A stretch of 64,000 bases of DNA, taken from contig CALXTD010000001.1 in NCBI GenBank assembly GCA_944391315.1, positions 14,888 to 78,887 on the forward strand, in the 5' to 3' direction. Below, piece after piece: positions 47,286-59,008 of the stretch. Position 1 is the first letter of the stretch; every line of letters starts with the position of its first letter. A program made the translations under genes and the position numbers. The notes beneath the pieces were generated by a model that was not told where the DNA came from, did not search any database, and was given only the letters and a program-made list of their open reading frames with translations. Source of the DNA: an uncultured Alphaproteobacteria bacterium (GTDB lineage Bacteria > Pseudomonadota > Alphaproteobacteria > RF32 > CAG-239).

Positions 47286-47419
47286 CTTAAACTCCTGTAT
47301 TCTTTTTTTGTTGCAATGTTTCTCTTTTTGCTGTATAATGTATTACAAATTTTATTGGGGGATTTCCAGTAAAATTTTAGTTTATCATACGTTTTTTTTG
47401 AAAAAGGACATAAAATCAG

Positions 47420-47632
47420 ATGTTTAAAGATGATCAGCTCGGAAAACTCCAGCACCAGTTGTGTGAACTTAAGCTTGAAGAGCGCCGAATCAGTTCTGAT
47501 ATAAGACATTTGGTTGCTAAAAATAAAACTATCGACTTTTTTCAGGCAAAGCAGCTTAATTCTTCTCGTCTCGGTCTAAAAACTAAGATTAAGTCGGTCG
47601 AGGCAAAGATTATGCCGAATATTATCGCATAA
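47420..47632 (+). CDS. Small DUF465/YdcH-like protein
   Basis: 70 aa with an LKLEERRISSDIRHL pattern resembling DUF465; weak. Confidence 0.4.
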   Translation: MFKDDQLGKLQHQLCELKLEERRISSDIRHLVAKNKTIDFFQAKQLNSSRLGLKTKIKSVEAKIMPNIIA

Positions 47633-47732
47633 GTTATGCATTTTTTGCTTGCAAAATAAAATAGCTTGTGTTATTGCTTGCCTAAATTTTGGTTTTAACC
47701 CTTTATGAGAATTGTGAAAAGAGGTGATTTAA

Positions 47733-47939
47733 GTGGTTCAGGTTACTGTTATCGGAAATGACGTTAATCAGTCTTTGAAGGTTTTGAAGAAGAAAATGCA
47801 GCGTGAAGGTATCTTTCGTGAAATGAAGCTTCGTCGTTGTCATGAAAAAAATTCTGAGAAAAAGGCTCGTCGTCAGGCTGAGGCTATTCGCCGCGCCCGT
47901 AAACAGCTGCGTAAGCGCTTAGATACTGAAGGGTTCTAG
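47733..47939 (+). CDS. rpsU: 30S ribosomal protein S21 (GTG start)
   Basis: [15 protein letters not shown] ... [17 protein letters not shown] is the alpha-type S21; RBS gaggtg. Confidence 0.9.
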   Translation: MVQVTVIGNDVNQSLKVLKKKMQREGIFREMKLRRCHEKNSEKKARRQAEAIRRARKQLRKRLDTEGF

Positions 47940-47994
47940 TTTTTTCGGTTCATCTTCTATAAAAAGCCGTCTCGCTTAAACGAGGCGGCTTTTT

Positions 47995-48312
47995 TGTTGT
48001 TAGTTGTGATGGTGTGCGGTGTTGGGGCGGCATGAGTGCGAGGTATGGGAGAGACGATGTGCGGCTAATTTTGTCTAAAGCAAAGGGCGGGAACAAGCTT
48101 TTTTTAGAGGAGGTGAAAGGGGGATGAGCGTTTAAAAGAGTGGGAGGAGAGGTGGAAAAGGTGGATTTTAGAGGGCTAAAATTTGCTGAAGGTGAGGGTG
48201 ATGGGATAGCGGGCAGAATTTTGAGAGAGGGTAAGGAAGAGGTGGACAAAGAGCGGCAGATAAATGATAAGGGTTAAATGAGGGGGATAAGGAGGACCGA
48301 AGAGACTTATTT
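47995..48312 (+). repeat. C-depleted purine/G-rich low-complexity tract (~7% C on the plus strand) with many GGG/GGGG runs
   Basis: Counted by hand: about 22 C in 300 nt at 48001-48300, with repeated gagg/gggg/gaggg words. Confidence 0.7.
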
Positions 48313-48385
48313 GATTTCTTGTTTTTTATGTAAAAATGCTGTAAAATATTGTTAGTGTTATGGGCGGATGATTTTAAGGTTCGGT

Positions 48386-49432
48386 ATGAAAGTTGAAGAT
48401 TTTGAGACATTGGTTGAAAATTGCAAGTTCTTTTTAGATGATGAAAAAGTTCGGTTTGTTCCTTATTCAATCAAAGACAACAAGCGGGTTGCGAAAATTC
48501 TTATTGAAAATAAGATGACAAATATTTCTTTGGATGAATTTAATGAAATCGCAAAGCAAAGCGCACCGCTTTATCAAGCCAGAAAAAAGCTTAAGCAAAA
48601 ATCGCTTGATAAGTATAATGCCATGTCACCTGAAGAAGTTGCCAAGCTGTCCATGGAGAATAAAGTTGAATATTTGGAGCTTTTATTTCCTCGTAACCAA
48701 ACGAAGGAAAATGTTGAAGATATATGCCGTAAAAATGAAGAAAATATTCGCGCCTGTTTGTTTCATTTAGATTTTCCTCAGAGCTTTTGGCAAAAGGAAA
48801 AAGAGCAAGCTACTCGTTATGCTTCTTTAGTGGCGAAATCTCCGGAGATAACGCAAAAGTTAAAAAATTGGCAGGATACGAGCTTGGACGATAAAAAAGA
48901 AGTGATAAAACAGTCGCTGAAAATTTTTGAATATGTTTATGGCGATGCTCCAAAGCTTGAGTTTTTTACTGAGGCGCAAGAACGCGAACGATTAGTCAAA
49001 TTAGGTTATCCCGAAGAGGTGCATGTCAATGCAGCGAATTATCATGAAGGTGTCATCAGTTTTAATACTGATAGATTGCAAGAAAGTGACAACCTTTTTG
49101 CGGTGTCGGTTCCCTTTCATGAAGGGACACATTATCGGCAAGATGTTCAAAGTTTTGGCGATACTCTTGTTGACAGGATTTTTCAGAGCAGTGTGACTAA
49201 TCTTCTTGCTTATGACAATGAGCGTAATGATAAGCAAGACAAGAATTATAAAGATCTTTATACCATGTTGCCGTGTGAGGTGCATGCTTATGGGCTGCAA
49301 GAATATATGGAAAATGAGCTTATTGAAAAAGCCGGAATTCAAAAGGCTAATAATAAGGATACACCTGTGGTTAAACGTATTCATGATAAAGGATATAGTA
49401 TGGCAAAAGTAAATCAGTACCGCAGTCGGTAA
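48386..49432 (+). CDS. Hypothetical protein with HExxH motif (VPFHEGTHYRQD); start taken at MKVEDFE
   Basis: Orphan ORF; a second HExxH-bearing protein in the window. Confidence 0.55.
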   Translation: MKVEDFETLVENCKFFLDDEKVRFVPYSIKDNKRVAKILIENKMTNISLDEFNEIAKQSAPLYQARKKLKQKSLDKYNAMSPEEVAKLSMENKVEYLELLFPRNQTKENVEDICRKNEENIRACLFHLDFPQSFWQKEKEQATRYASLVAKSPEITQKLKNWQDTSLDDKKEVIKQSLKIFEYVYGDAPKLEFFTEAQERERLVKLGYPEEVHVNAANYHEGVISFNTDRLQESDNLFAVSVPFHEGTHYRQDVQSFGDTLVDRIFQSSVTNLLAYDNERNDKQDKNYKDLYTMLPCEVHAYGLQEYMENELIEKAGIQKANNKDTPVVKRIHDKGYSMAKVNQYRSR

Positions 49433-49451
49433 GATGAGTTTATTCTTATCA

Positions 49452-49489
49452 AAAAAAACAGTCTTGAGGAAAGTCAAGACTGTTTTTTT
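49452..49489. terminator. Bidirectional intrinsic terminator
   Basis: cagtcttga-ggaaag-tcaagactg with flanking A- and T-runs. Confidence 0.55.
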
Positions 49490-49506
49490 AGTGTTATGTA
49501 CGTTGT

Positions 49507-50847
49507 TTATTCAAAATACTGAATATACAGCCATGCGCAGCCGATGGCGACGCTTATCAGCATGACAGGTATTGACCATTTCAAAAACCGGATGAAGCTG
49601 ATGTGGTTGCCGTGTCTTTGTGCCAAGCCGGCGACAATTACGTTGGCCGAAGCACCAATCAAGGTTCCGTTGCCGCCGAAGCATGCACCGAGTGATAATG
49701 CCCACCAAACCGGCATCATGGCCTCGCGGCCGCCTAAGTCGGCTTCCATGGATTTTATCATCGGAATCATGGTGGCAACAAACGGAATGTTATCAATCGC
49801 GCTGGATACCAAAGCCGATACCCAAATGATTAAGAGCATGGTCTTGGATATGCTGCCTTCGGTCATCTTGATAAATTCTTGTCCGAGCAAGGTTAAAACA
49901 CCGGTTTCTTCCAAGCCGTAAACAATGACAAACAAACCTGAGAAGAAGAAGATGGTTGTCCAGTCAACCATGGCCAAGGCTTCAGCCGTTTTGGCTTCGC
50001 GTTCGTCGTGGCGATTGCCCCAAGTGTAAAGCAAGAGCAAAACAGCCGCGCCACAGATGGCAATCGTGCCGTTGGCAATATGCAGATACTCAGCCGAAAT
50101 GAAGGCTATGATAACCGTAAACAAAACGAACAAGCATTTAATCAACAAGCCTTTGTCGGTGATGGCTTTGCGCTCATCAATTTTCATAACCTCGGCTCTT
50201 TTCTTGAGGTCGGTTTTTAAGTGGCGGCCCCAGAAAAAGTCAAATATCAGTACAATGACAATCATTGTGGTGATGACAACCGGTGTCAGCTCTTTGACAA
50301 AGTCCATGAATGACAAGTTGAGCGCTGAACCGATTAAGATGTTAGGTGGGTCACCAATCAAAGTTGCCGTACCACCGATATTTGATGAAAAGATTTCGAG
50401 AATCAAATAAGGGTAGGGGTTGACTTTAAGTTTTTGGGTGATTTGAAATGTTACCGGCACAATTAATAAAACGGTGGTAACATTGTCCAAAAAGGCCGAG
50501 AAAAAGGTCGTTACCAAAGCTAATACCGCCAATAATCCACGCGGGTTGGCTCTGACTTTTTTGGCTCCCCAAAAGGCGACGTATTGGAACATTCCTGATT
50601 TTTCGCAGATGCCGACAATCGTCATCATACCAATCAGGAGTGCCAAAGTGTTAAAGTCAATACCTTTTAAGGCAGTGGTCTGAGTTAAAATTCCTGAAAA
50701 AATCATAACGGCAGCCGCTAACAAAGCAACGACGGCGCGGTTTAATTTTTCCGTGAATAGAATCAGGTAGCAGATGACCACGATTGCAGTGGCAACTATC
50801 TGCGGATTTAAGCCAAATATCAGATGTGAAGCTGTTGCTGCATCCAT
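49507..50847 (-). CDS. ArsB/NhaD-superfamily anion permease (paralog 1)
   Basis: 446 aa, ~12 TM helices, LDNVTTVLLIVPV and GGTATLIGDPPNILIGSA motifs. Confidence 0.85.
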   Translation of the reverse strand: MDAATASHLIFGLNPQIVATAIVVICYLILFTEKLNRAVVALLAAAVMIFSGILTQTTALKGIDFNTLALLIGMMTIVGICEKSGMFQYVAFWGAKKVRANPRGLLAVLALVTTFFSAFLDNVTTVLLIVPVTFQITQKLKVNPYPYLILEIFSSNIGGTATLIGDPPNILIGSALNLSFMDFVKELTPVVITTMIVIVLIFDFFWGRHLKTDLKKRAEVMKIDERKAITDKGLLIKCLFVLFTVIIAFISAEYLHIANGTIAICGAAVLLLLYTWGNRHDEREAKTAEALAMVDWTTIFFFSGLFVIVYGLEETGVLTLLGQEFIKMTEGSISKTMLLIIWVSALVSSAIDNIPFVATMIPMIKSMEADLGGREAMMPVWWALSLGACFGGNGTLIGASANVIVAGLAQRHGNHISFIRFLKWSIPVMLISVAIGCAWLYIQYFE

Positions 50848-50984
50848 TTTGTATTTCCTTTATTTTCTATTTCTTAGATTGTTTTCTACGGTTTTAGGTA
50901 TAGTCCAAAGTTGCTAAAAATATCTTAATTTTAGATTTTTCATAAAAAAAGCTCCCAAAATGGGAGCTTAGCACGATGTTTTGA

Positions 50985-51785
50985 CTAGAAATTGTCGTCT
51001 TCGTCACTAAAATCATCGTCGTTGAAATCATCATTTTCGAAAGAATCGTCTTGTTCCATGCTATCATCTTCAAGCATTAACGGCGTATTTTCCTCTTCAA
51101 TCTCTGATTTGCGGCGACGTCCGCGGCGCTTTTTCTGCGGTTTTTTCTTTTGCAGGGCGCCGATGATGTAGTTGCCGGCGATTTTGTAGAGGTCAACCAA
51201 GTGATTGTTATACATATGGTCGCCTTCTTCAATCATGGCAAAGTCAACTTCGACGTTGCGCTGTGTGTTTAAGCGGCGTGCCATGGTGGCAACACTGCTC
51301 GGATTTACAATCTCGTCTTTGCCGCCCTGAACGATTAATCCAGATGTTGGGCAAGGGGCTAAAAATGTGAAGTCTTTTTCATTAGCCGGAGGAGAAATGG
51401 CGATAAAGTTATTAATATCCGGTCTTCTCATCAAAAGCTGCAGTCCAATCCATGCACCAAAAGAATAACCTGCAATCCAGCATTGGCGTGCATCAGGGTT
51501 CATGGCTTGTAACCAATCTAATGCGCTGGTGGCATCGGCTAATTCTCCGGGGCCGTCCTCAAACTCACCTTGTGAGCGGCCGACGCTTCTGAAATTAAAG
51601 CGCAATACCGAAAAGCCCAAGTTTTGAAAACAACTGTACATGGTGTAGACCACTTTGTTGTTCATGGTGCCGCCGTATTGCGGGTGTGGGTGCAAGATTA
51701 AGGCAACCGGTGCCGTCGGGTTGCTGCTTTGGTGGTAGCGTCCCTCTAATCTGCCGGCGTGTCCGTTGAATATTACTTCACTCAT
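50985..51785 (-). CDS. Alpha/beta hydrolase with an acidic C-terminal tail
   Basis: Nucleophile elbow GYSFGA; tail DDFNDDDFSDEDDNF. Confidence 0.8.
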   Translation of the reverse strand: MSEVIFNGHAGRLEGRYHQSSNPTAPVALILHPHPQYGGTMNNKVVYTMYSCFQNLGFSVLRFNFRSVGRSQGEFEDGPGELADATSALDWLQAMNPDARQCWIAGYSFGAWIGLQLLMRRPDINNFIAISPPANEKDFTFLAPCPTSGLIVQGGKDEIVNPSSVATMARRLNTQRNVEVDFAMIEEGDHMYNNHLVDLYKIAGNYIIGALQKKKPQKKRRGRRRKSEIEEENTPLMLEDDSMEQDDSFENDDFNDDDFSDEDDNF

Positions 51786-51892
51786 TTTTATTTTCTCTTA
51801 TTAATATTAATTTAGTACAGTTGTGCTAGATTTTACTTCAGCAATACTATATAAATTGTTAATTTTCTTCAATTAAGGAAGCATAACACAAA

Positions 51893-52573
51893 ATGGAATC
51901 GAATTTCAAGATGATTCAGCAAGACATTGACGCCGTGTTGGCGCGTGATCCTGCTACTAAAAGCAAATTAGAAGCTATTCTTTGTTCGTCGGGGCTTCAT
52001 GCTATTGTTTTTCATAGATTTAATCATTGGTTGTGGCAAAATAATTTTAAGCTTACCGCTCGCTTCCTTTCTCAGGTTTCTCGTTTTTTGACCGGAATTG
52101 AAATTCATCCGGGGGCGCGAATCGGGAAAGCCTTTTTTATTGACCATGGTATGGGGGTGGTGATTGGTGAAACAACCGAAATCGGTGATAATGTGACACT
52201 TTATCATGATGTAACGCTTGGTGGAACAACGGTTTTTGATGAACATGGGAAGGTGACGACCAAGCGACACCCGACAATTGGAAATAATGTGATTATCGGT
52301 TCCGGCGCACAGGTTCTTGGCCCGATTGTTATCGGCGATAATGTTAAAATCGGGTCAAATGCGATTGTAACCAAAGATGTGGCTCCTAATACGACTGTTA
52401 TCGGAATGGCAGCTCATCATGTGGCAGAGTTTCGGCATTCTCGTGGTAAAAAGCAAAAATTTGCAGCTTATGGTTTGGTTAATGATGTGAAAGATCCGCT
52501 GGAAGCAAAATTATCTGAGCTTGAGGCTGAAATTAAAAGTCTTAAATCCGAATTAAAAGAGCTGAAAAAATGA
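51893..52573 (+). CDS. cysE: Serine O-acetyltransferase with a C-terminal coiled-coil extension
   Basis: Hexapeptide repeats ([38 protein letters not shown]). Confidence 0.85.
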   Translation: MESNFKMIQQDIDAVLARDPATKSKLEAILCSSGLHAIVFHRFNHWLWQNNFKLTARFLSQVSRFLTGIEIHPGARIGKAFFIDHGMGVVIGETTEIGDNVTLYHDVTLGGTTVFDEHGKVTTKRHPTIGNNVIIGSGAQVLGPIVIGDNVKIGSNAIVTKDVAPNTTVIGMAAHHVAEFRHSRGKKQKFAAYGLVNDVKDPLEAKLSELEAEIKSLKSELKELKK

Positions 52574-53667
52574 TTGATTTACCGTTACTTGTTCCTGATA
52601 AAAAGCCAGCTGACGTGAAGGTTTGCGTGGCGATGTCCGGCGGTGTGGATAGTACCGCAGCCGTTCTTTTGCTTAAACAAGCCGGTTATGATGTTTTTGG
52701 TATGACGCTCGATTTATTGCAGCCTCCTTATGTGCCGGTTTATAGTTCAATTGCTGATGCGGCCAAAGTGGCGGAACAAATCGGAATTTCTCATTATTAT
52801 GTTGATGCCAAAGCTGAATTTAAGCGAGATGTGGTTGATTATTTTGCCGAATCTTATCTTAACGGAGAAACGCCGTCGCCTTGCATTTTTTGTAATCGTT
52901 TCATTAAGCTAGGACTTTTGGTGGAAAAAGCCAGAGAAATGGGAGCTGATGTGGTGGTGACCGGTCACTATGCCGAAATTTTACTGACAAAGCATGGCGT
53001 TGAGTTGCATCGTGCTAAAGATTTGGTGCGCGATCAAAGCTATTTTTTGAGTTTGGTGGGTAAAGAAAGTTTGCAAATGTTGCGTTGCCCCTTGGCTGCC
53101 TTTTCTAAAGAAGATACTCGTAAAATTGTTCAAGAGGCCGGTATTGAAATTTTTAACAAGCCGGATAGTCAAGATATTTGTTTTGTTTCTCAAGGAAAAT
53201 ATGCTGAACTTATTCATAAACTTCGTCCTGATTTCTTACTGAAAAAAGGAGATATTATAACAACAGACGGACGCGTTTTGGGCCAGCATAACGGTATCAT
53301 TCATTATACGGTCGGGCAGCGCCGCGGATTGGGAATCGGGGGTGGTCCGATTTATTATGTGTTGCGGCTTGATGCCTTGAAAAATCAGGTTGTGGTTGGG
53401 TCTTATGATGAGCTTAAGTGTTCAAAGGTTTATTTGCGTGATGTGAACTGGTTGGGAGAAGAACAGCCTGATATTTTATCCTGCGAAGTAAAACTCCGCT
53501 CACGGCAAAGTCTGGTGGCGGCAGAGGTTAAGTTTCTTGCAAAAAATCGGGCAGAGGTTTCTTTGCTTGGCGATTTTTACGGTTCTGCGGCCGGACAAGG
53601 GTGTTGTTTTTATGTCGGTTCTCGTGTTTTGGGCGGCGGTATTATTGAAAATGTAACTGAAGTGTAA
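52570..53667 (+). CDS. mnmA: tRNA-specific 2-thiouridylase
   Basis: PP-loop VAMSGGVDS; catalytic Cys context; 4-nt overlap with cysE. Confidence 0.9.
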   Translation: MIDLPLLVPDKKPADVKVCVAMSGGVDSTAAVLLLKQAGYDVFGMTLDLLQPPYVPVYSSIADAAKVAEQIGISHYYVDAKAEFKRDVVDYFAESYLNGETPSPCIFCNRFIKLGLLVEKAREMGADVVVTGHYAEILLTKHGVELHRAKDLVRDQSYFLSLVGKESLQMLRCPLAAFSKEDTRKIVQEAGIEIFNKPDSQDICFVSQGKYAELIHKLRPDFLLKKGDIITTDGRVLGQHNGIIHYTVGQRRGLGIGGGPIYYVLRLDALKNQVVVGSYDELKCSKVYLRDVNWLGEEQPDILSCEVKLRSRQSLVAAEVKFLAKNRAEVSLLGDFYGSAAGQGCCFYVGSRVLGGGIIENVTEV

Positions 53668-53724
53668 CTTTTTTTAGTGTTTTTTTTGTGATATTATTAA
53701 TTAAAGGTGGCTCAGGAGGGCATT

Positions 53725-54351
53725 ATGAAAAGTATTTGGTATATTGCAGCACTACTCATGGGAATAGGCGTTTCTTGTAATGCTTATGCATTGCCGGCAA
53801 ATCCATGGGCGGCTCCGGCTCAATCTGCCTCCGGAGAAGCAAAGGCTTTGCCCAGTAATCCATGGGCCACAAAAAAAGCTCTGCCACAAGTTGATTATAC
53901 TAGGGAAGCTCCCAGACAACAAAATGTAAATATTTTTCAAGCTTTGGAAATGCAAAGCGCAGAAGAAACAGATGAGGAAAAACAAGAGGAGCAAACTATT
54001 AAGCAGCAGCTGCAGGAATTAAATGATACCTATGGGCCGGATATCATAAGAGCTTCGCAAGAGTATAGAAATAAGTTTTCTGACGGTATGGATGCGGTGG
54101 GAGATGCTTCTGCTGATTATAGTAAAAGAATTCAAAAAGGTTATAAAAATGTTACCGACACAACTAAGGCATATGGCAGAAAGATAAAAGACGGCTATGA
54201 TGATATGGTTGACACGGTTGAAGATTATGGGCGCAAAATTAAAAACGGTTATAATAGTGCTGTCAGTACGGCAAAATATTATGGAAGAAAGCTAAAGAGC
54301 AGTTTCAGAACACTCGGAAATGAGTTGTCGTCATTAAAAGGTGCATTTTAA
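53725..54351 (+). CDS. Secreted protein with internal YGRKIK(D/N)GY repeats
   Basis: Signal peptide; RBS aggaggg; three copies of the repeat. Confidence 0.55.
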   Translation: MKSIWYIAALLMGIGVSCNAYALPANPWAAPAQSASGEAKALPSNPWATKKALPQVDYTREAPRQQNVNIFQALEMQSAEETDEEKQEEQTIKQQLQELNDTYGPDIIRASQEYRNKFSDGMDAVGDASADYSKRIQKGYKNVTDTTKAYGRKIKDGYDDMVDTVEDYGRKIKNGYNSAVSTAKYYGRKLKSSFRTLGNELSSLKGAF

Positions 54352-54471
54352 GATAGAAAAGTTTGTCATGGTTGGGGTGTCAGCGATGATGCCCCTTTAA
54401 TTTTTATTGACGATTTTTTTATATTGCGCTTAAATCAGCGAAAAGTTTGTTTTTGAAAAAGGAATTTAAGC

Positions 54472-55188
54472 ATGAAGCCGGTTGTGATTTTGGTTTGTCC
54501 GCAGATGTGTGAAAATGTCGGTATGGCCGCACGCGCCATGATGAACTGTGGGCTTGATGAAATGCGCTTGGTTAATCCGAGAGAAAATCATCTTGATGAA
54601 AAAGCCATTGCCGCATCTTCCGGTGCAGAGAGAATCTTGCAACAGGCAAAGGTTTTTGCTTCAACAGCTGAGGCCGTGGCGGACTTAAACTTGCTTTATG
54701 CTTCTACCGCGCGGCGTCGTAATATGGTCAAAACAGTGGAAACCGCTCAAGCAGCGGCGCATGAAATTGTGGAAAAGGCTGCCCAAGGTGTGCGGTCAGG
54801 AATTTTGTTTGGTCCTGAGAGAACAGGGCTGCATAATGATGATGTGGCTTTGGCCGATAAAATTATTGAAATTCCGCTTAATCCGGAGCATTGCTCACTT
54901 AATTTGTCGCAGGCGGTTTTGTTGGTGAGTTATGAATGGTATAAAACGCAGGTTAATGTTCCAGAAGTGCAGATGGTGACGAATAATGGTGTATTGGCCA
55001 GCAAAGAAAAGCTTTATCATTTTTTTGACTTTTTAGAGAGCAAGCTAAAAGACTGCCGCGCTTTTCAAGATGATGAAAAACGTCCGAAAATGTTAATTAA
55101 TCTACATAATATCTTTTTGCGCGGGGAGCTGACCGAGCAAGAGCTTAATACGCTTTACGGAATTGTGACCTATCTCTCATCTCACTAG
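54472..55188 (+). CDS. TrmH/SpoU-family RNA 2'-O-methyltransferase (TrmJ-like)
   Basis: SPOUT motifs (ILVCPQMCENVGMAARAM ... LFGPERTGL ... IPLNPEHCSLNLSQAV). Confidence 0.8.
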   Translation: MKPVVILVCPQMCENVGMAARAMMNCGLDEMRLVNPRENHLDEKAIAASSGAERILQQAKVFASTAEAVADLNLLYASTARRRNMVKTVETAQAAAHEIVEKAAQGVRSGILFGPERTGLHNDDVALADKIIEIPLNPEHCSLNLSQAVLLVSYEWYKTQVNVPEVQMVTNNGVLASKEKLYHFFDFLESKLKDCRAFQDDEKRPKMLINLHNIFLRGELTEQELNTLYGIVTYLSSH

Positions 55189-55263
55189 AATCGGTCGGTG
55201 GTTAACGAATTTTTTCCTATTCTGTGTTTATACTAGACCGGCTGTTACTATATTTTAGGGAGA

Positions 55264-56604
55264 ATGCCTATGCACGGAGCAGAATTTGTTTCGTCGGAGC
55301 AGGTGATCTTTGGCTGGAATCCGATGATTGTGGCTAGTGTTATTTTAATCATCAGCTATATTATTTTATTTACAGAAAAAGTTAATCGTGCCGTTGTGGC
55401 GCTGGTTGGTGCTTGCGTTATGATCTTTTGTGGGGTGTTGACGCAAAGCACGGCTATTCAGGGAATTGATTTTAATACCTTGGCGCTGCTTATCGGTATG
55501 ATGATCGTGGTCGGAATTTGTGAAAAGTCCGGCATGTTTCAATATGTGGCAATTTGGGGGGCACAGCAGGTTAAGGCCAGTCCGCGCGGGTTGATGGCGG
55601 TTTTGGCTCTGGTTACGGCGGTGTTCTCGGCGTTTTTGGATAATGTGACGACGGTGCTTTTAACCGTTCCGGTCACTTTCCAGATTACGCATAAGCTTCG
55701 TATTAATCCTTATCCTTATTTGATTTTGGAGATTTTTGCCTCTAATATCGGTGGAACCGCAACCTTAATCGGTGATCCTCCTAATATTTTGCTAGGGTCT
55801 GCTCTTAATTTGTCATTTATGGATTTTCTCTATGAGCTTACTCCTGTTGTGATGGTTACTATGCTTGTTCTCATCGGTGTCTTTGATTTTGCTTATGGTC
55901 GACATATGAAAACCGATATGAAGCGTCGTGCTGAAGTTATGCGTATTGATAAGCGCCAGTCAATCACCGACAAGGTTTTACTGACAAAATGTTTGGTGGT
56001 TTTGTTTGGCGTTATCTTGGGCTTTATTTGTGCTGAGCATTTGCACATTGCAAACGGTACAATCGCTTTGTTTGGTGCGACAATTGCTATGTTGCTCTAT
56101 ACTTGGGGCAATCGTCATGATGAGCGTGAAGCCAAAACGGCGGAAATTTTTACGCTGGTTGACTGGACAACCATCTTTTTCTTTGCCGGGTTGTTTGCCA
56201 TTGTTTATGGTTTGGAAGAAACAGGCGTGTTACTCTTGCTCGGAAATAAGTTTGTCGAGCTGACCGATGGTAGCATTGATAAAGCCGTGTTCCTTGTTAT
56301 GTGGGTATCAGCCTTTGTTTCAACAGCTATCGACAATATCCCGTTTGTGGCAACTATGATTCCGGTTTTGAAATCTATGGAGCCGGGGATGGGTGGTCGC
56401 GAAGCCATGATGCCGGTTTGGTGGGCTTTGTCTCTCGGGTCATGCTTTGGCGGAAACGGCTCGCTTATTGCTGCTTCGGCCAATGTTATTGTGGCTGGTA
56501 TGGCGCAACGCGAAGGAACACCAATCTCGTTTATCGGGTTTTTGAAGTGGTCAATTCCGGTGATGATTGGCTCGGTGCTCATCGCATCACTCAAGTTTAT
56601 GTGA
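55264..56604 (+). CDS. ArsB/NhaD-superfamily anion permease (paralog 2, ~75% aa identity to 49507-50847, opposite strand)
   Basis: Collinear 446-aa alignment with the paralog. Confidence 0.85.
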   Translation: MPMHGAEFVSSEQVIFGWNPMIVASVILIISYIILFTEKVNRAVVALVGACVMIFCGVLTQSTAIQGIDFNTLALLIGMMIVVGICEKSGMFQYVAIWGAQQVKASPRGLMAVLALVTAVFSAFLDNVTTVLLTVPVTFQITHKLRINPYPYLILEIFASNIGGTATLIGDPPNILLGSALNLSFMDFLYELTPVVMVTMLVLIGVFDFAYGRHMKTDMKRRAEVMRIDKRQSITDKVLLTKCLVVLFGVILGFICAEHLHIANGTIALFGATIAMLLYTWGNRHDEREAKTAEIFTLVDWTTIFFFAGLFAIVYGLEETGVLLLLGNKFVELTDGSIDKAVFLVMWVSAFVSTAIDNIPFVATMIPVLKSMEPGMGGREAMMPVWWALSLGSCFGGNGSLIAASANVIVAGMAQREGTPISFIGFLKWSIPVMIGSVLIASLKFM

Positions 56605-56612
56605 TGTTTCTT

Positions 56613-56655
56613 CAAAAAAAAGCCGGAAAATTTCCGGCTTTTGCTTTTTTTTTGA
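56613..56655 (+). terminator. Intrinsic terminator
   Basis: agccggaaa-a-tttccggct followed by a long T-run. Confidence 0.6.
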
Positions 56656-56748
56656 GTTTTTTCTTAGATTCTTGTTGACAGAGCGAAAAAGTTATGTATA
56701 TTGCAATCAAAGATTTTTGTTTAATCTAAATTTTTGGATGGTTTAAAA

Positions 56749-57051
56749 ATGTACGCAGTAATTAAAACAGGCGGAAAACAGTATAAAGTTTCGACCGGTG
56801 ATGTCTTGAAAGTCGAAAAACTGGCCGCTGAAGAAGGTAAAGAAGTTATTTTTAACGAAGTTTTGGCTTTGGATAATACTGTCGGCACTCCTTTGGTTGA
56901 AGGTGCTTCGGTTAAAGCTACTGTTTTGAAACAGGCTAAAGATGCTAAAGTTATTATCTTCAAAAAGAAAAGAAGACAAAATTATCGTCGTAAAAACGGC
57001 CACAGACAGCAAATTACGCTGGTTAAAATTACCGATATTTGTGGCAAATAG
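56749..57051 (+). CDS. rplU: 50S ribosomal protein L21
   Basis: [14 protein letters not shown]. Confidence 0.9.
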   Translation: MYAVIKTGGKQYKVSTGDVLKVEKLAAEEGKEVIFNEVLALDNTVGTPLVEGASVKATVLKQAKDAKVIIFKKKRRQNYRRKNGHRQQITLVKITDICGK

Positions 57052-57073
57052 TTAGAGTTAAGGAGAATTTGTT

Positions 57074-57328
57074 ATGGCACATAAGAAATCAGGCGGTAGC
57101 TCTTCTAACGGGCGCGACTCCATCGGACGTCGTTTGGGCTTGAAAAAATCCGGCGGTCAGGCTGTTATCCCCGGAAACATCATTATTCGTCAGCGTGGTA
57201 CTCAGTATCATGCCGGTGATAATGTCGGTATGGGTAAAGATCATACTCTGTTTGCAACAGCTGAAGGTAAAGTTCAGTTCGCAAAGAGCGGTACCCGTAC
57301 GATTGTTTCTGTTGTTACAGAAGACTAG
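57074..57328 (+). CDS. rpmA: 50S ribosomal protein L27
   Basis: [16 protein letters not shown]. Confidence 0.95.
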   Translation: MAHKKSGGSSSNGRDSIGRRLGLKKSGGQAVIPGNIIIRQRGTQYHAGDNVGMGKDHTLFATAEGKVQFAKSGTRTIVSVVTED

Positions 57329-57340
57329 TATTCGGTTTGA

Positions 57341-58474
<1,134 letters not shown>

Positions 58475-58483
58475 GGAGTAAAA

Positions 58484-58861
58484 ATGGTGGTTAAAGCGGC
58501 TGTAAATAATATTAATGATATTAAAGATGATGACAGAATCGTTGAGATTGTTACCAAAACGCTTGATGATAACAAGGCCGAAGATGTTGTGGTTATGGAT
58601 TTGAAAGGTAAAACCTCAATTGCCAGTTATATGGTGATTGCCAGCGGAACATCACAGCGTCATGTGGCTTCTTTGGCTGAAAAGGTGCAGGAAAATCTTA
58701 AAAAAGCCGGTTATAAGTCAACGGTTGAAGGGGCGGAAAAAGCCGACTGGGTGTTGATTGATGCTTTTGACGTGATTGTTCATCTCTTCAAGCCGGAAGT
58801 GCGAGATTTTTACAGCATTGAGAAAATGTGGAGCAGTGTTGCTGAAATTCGCAAGATTTAG
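58484..58861 (+). CDS. rsfS: Ribosomal silencing factor RsfS (Iojap)
   Basis: Conserved DAFDVIVHLF ... YSIEKMW. Confidence 0.85.
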   Translation: MVVKAAVNNINDIKDDDRIVEIVTKTLDDNKAEDVVVMDLKGKTSIASYMVIASGTSQRHVASLAEKVQENLKKAGYKSTVEGAEKADWVLIDAFDVIVHLFKPEVRDFYSIEKMWSSVAEIRKI

Positions 58862-59008
58862 TTTCTTTTGAGAATCGCCCGTTGCGGCGATTTTTTTTGT
58901 GGTGGTATTTATAATTATTTGGTAAAATAATGAGAATTATGTGAGACGGGTTTTTCTTTAGGAATAATAGATGTTGAAAATGTTTCATTACGCTAAGGCA
59001 ATACCATT

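Noticed and set aside
47950-48470. Two minus-strand ORFs (99 aa and 100 aa) encoding Pro/Ser-rich peptides
   Set aside because: They read through the C-depleted G/A-rich tract; their low complexity is forced by base composition. Kept only as a caveat in the findings.
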